This document shows, one piece after another, positions 21,604-24,000 of a stretch of DNA of 24,000 bases. The translations under genes and the position numbers were made by a program. Source of the DNA: an uncultured Gammaproteobacteria bacterium (GTDB taxonomy: Bacteria; Patescibacteriota; Microgenomatia; PFEM01; CAYPPS01); the NCBI GenBank assembly GCA_964655765.1, contig CAZZNI010000013.1, forward strand, positions 616 to 24,615. The letters are read 5' to 3'. The notes beneath the pieces were generated by a model, which had not been told where the DNA came from, did no database searches, and saw only the letters and a list, made by a program, of their open reading frames with translations. How positions within the stretch are numbered: position 1 is the stretch's first letter; each line of letters starts with the position of its first letter.

Positions 21604-22299
21604 ATGCCGGATATTTTTGTGGCCAGTAAAGCTAAAGAAAAAGAAGAAAAAAAACCTGTGGTTAAAAAAAATACCGCCGTTGACAACCAGGATTTACCGC
21701 AAAAAGGTGAAACTGCCAAGGAGTTGCTGAAAGAAAGAAGCCGTTCGATTTGGGCCGCTTTTGCCCCTCGGCCGACAAAAATACACTTTGAAACCCAGGA
21801 AGCCAAGGAAAAGGTCTTGTTGTTGGTTCGTAAACACCCGATTACCAATATACCCTGGATCTTATTGGTTATTTTAATGGCCTTAGCACCTTTTTTGGTT
21901 TTTGCCATTACTAATTTTGATTTTGTACCGGCCAACTTTCGTCTAATCTTGACTCTTTTTTGGTATCTGTTTGTTTTCGCTTACGGCTTTGAGCGGTTTT
22001 TATCCTGGTTTTTTAATGTCAACATTATCACCGATGAGCGGGTAGTTGATGTTAATTTTCCCAACATTCTTTACCGTGACATTAGCCAAACTAAGATTGA
22101 CCAGGTCCAGGATGTTTCGGTTAAGGTTGGCGGTTTTGTCCGATCGTTGTTTAATTACGGCGATGTTTTAATACAGACGGCCGGCACGATTCCGGAGATT
22201 GAATTTATTGATGTTCCTTTTCCGGGCAAGATCGTTAAGATTTTAAATCAGCTGGTTTTAGAAGAAGAGCAGGAGAAACTGGAAGGGAGGGCCAGGTGA
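21604..22299 (+). CDS. membrane protein with bacterial PH (bPH/YdbS-YdbT-like) domain
   Basis: It has a Lys-rich N-terminus and two TM helices (IPWILLVILMALAPFLVFAI, LILTLFWYLFVFAYGF), followed by NVNIITDERVVDVNF...ISQTKIDQVQDVSVKVGGFVRSLFNYGDVLIQTAG, the bPH pattern. Confidence 0.7.
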   Translation: MPDIFVASKAKEKEEKKPVVKKNTAVDNQDLPQKGETAKELLKERSRSIWAAFAPRPTKIHFETQEAKEKVLLLVRKHPITNIPWILLVILMALAPFLVFAITNFDFVPANFRLILTLFWYLFVFAYGFERFLSWFFNVNIITDERVVDVNFPNILYRDISQTKIDQVQDVSVKVGGFVRSLFNYGDVLIQTAGTIPEIEFIDVPFPGKIVKILNQLVLEEEQEKLEGRAR

Positions 22300-22553
22300 A
22301 CATTTCAACAGGACAGCAATTAGAGCTGATCAGTTTAGACAATTTACTTAATCTTAATATCTGGCAAATTTTAAAATGGCCGTTGTTGTTGCTTTTTTTG
22401 ATCTACTTGGCCTTCGCTTTCATTGTTGTTCGCCAGGTAGGGCTGATGAGCCGGACTTTAAACGGCGCTCTTGACCTGCCGGTTAAGATGATAGCCTGGC
22501 TTCATTTACTGGTTAGCTTTTTAATCTTTGTTTTGGCGTTGGTGATTCTTTAA
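22296..22553 (+). CDS. small two-TM membrane protein
   Basis: 85 aa. Its GTG start forms a GTGA overlap with the upstream stop. The helices are WPLLLLFLIYLAFAFIVV and LHLLVSFLIFVLALVIL. Confidence 0.5.
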   Translation: MNISTGQQLELISLDNLLNLNIWQILKWPLLLLFLIYLAFAFIVVRQVGLMSRTLNGALDLPVKMIAWLHLLVSFLIFVLALVIL

Positions 22554-22563
22554 AAACTAAAAC

Positions 22564-24000
22564 ATGGCTGCCTTGTTAAAAACCGCCAGAATTGTTGGCA
22601 ACTTGAGTGTTAGTTTAGCTACTTGGGCTCACATATTTTCTCCTCAAGAGGAAGAAAAAAAGCAGAAAAGAGGCCAATTAATGGCTCTAATCAGCCTTAA
22701 AGGTCTAACCGTTGACAGCCAGGAAGAAGCGGCAGCACTGGGCAAAGAAGCTTTAACCCGTCTTAACGAAGAATATTTTGGTGATTTAGAAAAACCTCCT
22801 TTTGATGCTTTAAGCCAGGCGGTTGAAAAGGTGGCGATTGAAGTTAACGACAAACAGGAAGTTGATTTAGTTGCCGCCGCTTTAGTTGGTGATATTTTAT
22901 ATCTTTCCGCCAGCAATCGGGGACAAGCCTTTTTGCGTCGAGGGCAGACAACTGGTTTAATTTTAAGCGGTCGGGGTTCCAGCAGTGGTTTTGTTCAGGC
23001 CGGTGATTTGTTTTGCTTGGGGACGGGTGATTTCTTTGACTATGTTTCCAAAGACAGTTTAGACAAGGCTTTAGCCAGTGGCAATCCATTGTCGACGGTT
23101 GAAGTTTTGGCGCCATTAGTTCATACCTTACCTCAAGCAGGTGATGAATCAAAAACCGGCGGCATGGGTTTAATCGTTGCCCAATTACCGCAATCAGCGG
23201 TAGAAGACAGTGTTGCCCTGCCGGCTGAACCGGAATTTTTTCAACAAGATGTCAGTCGGCAAACCGTTTTAGAAAAACTTGATCCGGTTAAAGAGAGGGT
23301 TGCCGGTTGGTGGGATAAGCTACCGATCCCTTTTTTAAAAACAATCAACAAAACCGAAAAACATATTCGTTTGAGGTGGGGACTGGCTTTAGGTTTGGCG
23401 GTGTTAGTTGTTTTGGTGGCGATGTTAGGTAAACAGCAAAACCAGCAGACTGGTGACCTGGCCAGAGTTAATGAACTACTGGCTCAGGCGGAAGAAAAAA
23501 GAGCCGCCGGTCAAGGGCTGGCTGATCTTAATCCGCTTAAAGCTAAAGAATTATTACTCGAAGCTCAAGAATTATTTTCTCAAGCAGAAAATTTAAGCGG
23601 TGAAGATAAAAGTGCTTTAACGGCTTTTAAAAAAGAACTGGAAAGTGCGCTGGGGTCAGTCTTAAAAGGTTTTGAAGTTGAGGGGCAATTTTTCTATGAT
23701 TTGAGTTTGATTAAACCCCAAGCCTCAGCTTCGGAGTTGAAATTAATTGACAATCAATTAATTATTTTAGACCGGGATCGCCAGGCTGTTTATCAGCTGG
23801 AACTGGATAATAATCGGACTGAAACGCTGGCAGGCGGTGACTTTATCAATCAGGAGAGCCTGCTTGGGGTTGATGGCAGCCAATCGCCTTGGTGGTTCGG
23901 TGACGGTCGGGTTTATAACGGTAACAGCAAGGCAGCCGATTTTGAAGACAGTTGGCGGCAAATTAAAGCCGTTGCCTATTTTAACGGCTTTTTTTACCTG
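22564..24000 (+). CDS. membrane protein with N-terminal PP2C/SpoIIE-like (apparently catalytically degenerate) domain; 3'-truncated by the window edge; not in the ORF track
   Basis: Frame 1 is open from ATG 22564 to base 24000 (479 codons, hand translated: MAALLKTARIVGNLSVSL...). It is probably missing from the track because no stop is reached. It follows the PP2C-fold pattern (RGQLMALISLKG; VDLVAAALVGDILYLSASNRGQAFLRRGQ; GDLFCLGTGDFFDYV), but the usual metal-binding DG.GG, GDSR and SDG acidic positions are substituted. A TM helix (WGLALGLAVLVVLVAMLG) and an extracytoplasmic region follow. Confidence 0.6.
   Translation, partial: MAALLKTARIVGNLSVSLATWAHIFSPQEEEKKQKRGQLMALISLKGLTVDSQEEAAALGKEALTRLNEEYFGDLEKPPFDALSQAVEKVAIEVNDKQEVDLVAAALVGDILYLSASNRGQAFLRRGQTTGLILSGRGSSSGFVQAGDLFCLGTGDFFDYVSKDSLDKALASGNPLSTVEVLAPLVHTLPQAGDESKTGGMGLIVAQLPQSAVEDSVALPAEPEFFQQDVSRQTVLEKLDPVKERVAGWWDKLPIPFLKTINKTEKHIRLRWGLALGLAVLVVLVAMLGKQQNQQTGDLARVNELLAQAEEKRAAGQGLADLNPLKAKELLLEAQELFSQAENLSGEDKSALTAFKKELESALGSVLKGFEVEGQFFYDLSLIKPQASASELKLIDNQLIILDRDRQAVYQLELDNNRTETLAGGDFINQESLLGVDGSQSPWWFGDGRVYNGNSKAADFEDSWRQIKAVAYFNGFFYL

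Noticed and set aside
21600-21935. 111-aa minus-strand ORF.
   Set aside because: It is antisense to the bPH-domain gene, which has clear TM and bPH motifs and translational coupling downstream. Its translation is Lys/Ala-rich mirror sequence.
22644-23152. Two minus-strand ORFs of 90 aa and 102 aa.
   Set aside because: They are antisense to the long open plus-strand frame 22564->24000, which has coherent domain structure. They are probably listed only because the real ORF lacks a stop in the window.
1-24000. Scan for CRISPR arrays, rRNA or tRNA genes, transposase or IS ends, and DnaA-box clusters near dnaN.
   Set aside because: I noticed no regularly spaced repeats, structured RNA genes, terminal inverted repeats or TTATCCACA-like clusters. 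The origin region presumably lies upstream of the window.

Overview
The window is a tightly packed chromosomal segment that begins inside dnaN, so it lies near the replication origin. Gene content and style resemble a small-genome monoderm bacterium such as CPR/Patescibacteria, but that attribution is inference only. About three quarters of the window (1.0-19.7 kb) is a type IV secretion (T4SS)-like locus split into three minus-strand transcription units. (1) 7442->1019 encodes a PrgI/VirB3-like protein, a standalone VirB4-N-domain-like protein, a VirB4 ATPase, a membrane-anchored M23 peptidoglycan hydrolase and a bitopic candidate VirB8/PrgL analogue. (2) 17131->9642 encodes seven tandem VirB2/T4SS-pilin-like paralogues, a 988-aa cysteine-rich surface protein and a VirB6/TrbL-like polytopic protein. 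(3) 19669->18989 encodes two more pilin-like paralogues. Two plus-strand insertions interrupt the locus: an orphan 655-aa cytosolic protein (7520-9487) and a polyprenyl synthase-uppS pair (17205-18988). I see no relaxase, VirD4 coupling ATPase, VirB11, outer-membrane core (VirB7/9/10), integrase, tRNA or CRISPR array. The rest is housekeeping or envelope related: a SpoIID/LytB-like protein, a bPH-domain membrane protein, a small membrane protein, and an ORF absent from the track (22564->24000) encoding a degenerate PP2C-like membrane protein. Several sigma70-like promoters sit so close to start codons that leaderless or near-leaderless mRNAs are predicted. One pilin gene has its own consensus promoter, a strong SD and a downstream stem-loop. 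All functional calls rest on motifs read by eye; no searches were run.
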